NCBI RefSeq assembly: GCF_009914755.1
Contig: NC_060936.1
Direction: 5' to 3' (one strand)
Length of the DNA: 64,000 bases
Source of the DNA: the human T2T-CHM13v2.0 reference genome, Homo sapiens
Made by a program: the position numbers and the translations under genes. This document shows, piece after piece, positions 60,862 through 64,000 of this stretch. The notes under the pieces were generated by a model. It worked only from the letters and a program-made list of their open reading frames with translations, searched no databases and was not told the origin of the DNA. Each line of letters starts with the position of its first letter. Position 1 is the stretch's first letter.

Positions 60862-63049
60862 CCAAACTGCTTTTTAAAGCAGGTCACCAATAACATTCTT
60901 CCTTACTGGTGACACCTCCCGAATGGGGTCTCCAGCCACCTCTTACAAGTGCATTCAGGCTGGCAACAGGCCCATACTTCCCTGGGACAGAGCTCCCAGA
61001 GGGAGGAGCAGGCCACCATCTTTGCCACTTCACAGCCTTTACTGTTGATATCTCAGGTACTGGAAAATCCAAGGTAACTAGAGACTGGAGCAGACCCCCA
61101 GCATGCCACAGCAGCCCTACGGAGAAGTGGCCAGACTGTTAAGTGGAAGCCCATTCCCATATCTTCTCACCAAGAAGGTCCTCCAGGCCTGGGCCTCCAG
61201 CCACCCCCTGCCGAAACTAACAATCCAGTAGCAGCTCTGCAACTTCCTGGACACAACTCCAGGATGGGAGGCGTGGGTTGCCATCTTCACTGTCTTGCAG
61301 CCCTTGCCCTTGCTGTCTCCAGGCTTGGGAGAGTCTGCAGGCACCAGAGACTGATACGGACTCCCAGCACAAAGCAACCGCCTCTCAGAAAAGTGGCCAG
61401 ACTGTTCTCCATGCAGATCCCAGTCCTTACTTCTCCTCACTGAGCAGGGTGGCCTGACCTGGGACTCCAGAACAATCACCCTGTCTCCACCTGATCACCA
61501 CAATCAGAGACAGCCCAGCATTTCTCCAAGGAGGAAATCTAAGTCAACCCACAACCGCTCCACCACCACGTTTTCAGAGGTACAGCTGTTACAGCCCTCG
61601 AACTGGGAAGGAACAAAGGTCCTAGTCATTACACTGGCACCTCCAGCACACTGCAGCCACCATAGAGACAGGGGTCCAGCCTCTCTTTGCTGGGAACCCC
61701 CACCCCCACTCTTCACCAGGCAGGATCCCCAGCTCATGAGTGCAGAACAGTCACTCCACTCATAACTGAGCATACTCACTGGTAGTGGCTCAGAGTTTCC
61801 CCCAGGAGAGGCTCCCGGAGGCATACAACAGCCCCTCTGCCACTGCCACAGTAACAGTTCTATCCCTCCTGCCCTTGATCTGGGAAAGAAACAAAGAACC
61901 TGAGGACTACACCGAAGTTTACAGCACAGCACAGCACAGCCACCACACAAAGAGGAGATCAATCTCCTCCCTGTGAACATTTGACCCCCTGCTCCTCAAC
62001 AAGCAGAACCCCAAGCTCACATGAGCAGTGCAGCCACCCTGCCACACTAGCTTAACACTCCCAGCAATAGCCACTCCAAGTGTCTTGGAAGTGGAGCCCC
62101 CAGGGGCAACTGAAAGATTCTCTGCCATTACCCCTGTAGTGAAACTGCCCTTGCTACTCTTGGACTAATGAAAAAGCAAAGACTGTAAGTGCCTTAACCA
62201 CACCTCCAATAAGCTGCAGTCAACCCAAGGAAAGGAGGCCAGTCCACCTTACACAGGTACCATCCCACCACCACCCTTTCATCACCAGATAGGAAATCCC
62301 TGGCTTGGGCCCACAGCACACATGCTCTATCCTGGGATGATTGCACTGAGCAACTTCTGACCTTCATCTCTCCGAGGTGGAGCCCTCAGGAAACAAACAA
62401 AACACCCTTGGCCACAACCACCACTAAGGTCCCTTCATCTGCTGCCTCCAAGTTGGGGAAGGAAAATAAACCCTGAGGTTTTCCCAGAGCTGTGGTAGAC
62501 AGGACCAGGAGCACCAAGCCATGATCTACAACCAGCACTCAAGTGGGAGAGGAGTCCATAATTTCAGAGCATTGAGAGGGAGCATAGTGGCAACTGTGAG
62601 GAAATATAGGGGAGCCACACAACTGAGCAAGAGCCTACCAACTGACCAATATGCCTAAGCACCACCTACTAGATTACACTGCAAAGCTTCAACACCAAAA
62701 TACCTTGCTAACTATGCCCCTGTGAAAGCAAATACAATAAATTAGCTACAAATAAAGACCCTGCACAAAGCCTCAGCCCTGTGAAAACATCCAGAAAAGA
62801 AGTTTATTGATTGTACTCAATGTATACTGCAGTTAAAGGAACACCCACATGCAGAGATGAGAAAGAACCAATGCAAGAACTCCAGTAGCTCAAATGTCCA
62901 GAGTGCCATATGTCCTCCAAACGACTGCATCAGCTCTCCAGTAAAGATTTTTAACCAGGCTGAGCTGGCTGAAATGACAGAAATAGAATTCAGAATATGA
63001 ATAGGAATGAAGGTTACTGAGATGCAGGAGAATGACAGAAACCAATCAA

Positions 63050-64000
<951 letters not shown>

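Larger units (their letters stand above)
59498..63047 (+). mobile_element. L1PB-like 5' end (long internally repetitive 5'UTR and start of ORF1)
   Basis: Begins ggggattgtggccaagatggctgacta; repeated 'gccatctttg...ccagactg' modules; ORF1-like start atgagaaagaaccaa at ~62857. Confidence 0.75.

Overview
Primate (human-like) genomic DNA. It contains the last two coding exons and ~2.9-kb 3'UTR of synaptotagmin-1 (SYT1, + strand), followed 4 kb downstream by a ~26-kb interstitial satellite array (~12,649-38,661; SATR1/SATR2-like), then a transposon-dense region with a decayed HERVL provirus, nested L1s, Alus and MaLR LTRs. The satellite is the most unusual part. Its 63-76-bp monomers are built from nested palindromes. 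It is organised as B-tail / inverted A / A / B / A' with a ~20.9-kb higher-order duplication, and an AluY in only one copy orders events. It also shows compensatory stem changes between subfamilies and template-switch 'palindrome-perfecting' events. Apart from SYT1 and decayed retroelement genes, the listed ORFs are repeat artefacts. Repeat boundaries and subfamily names were judged by eye and are approximate.
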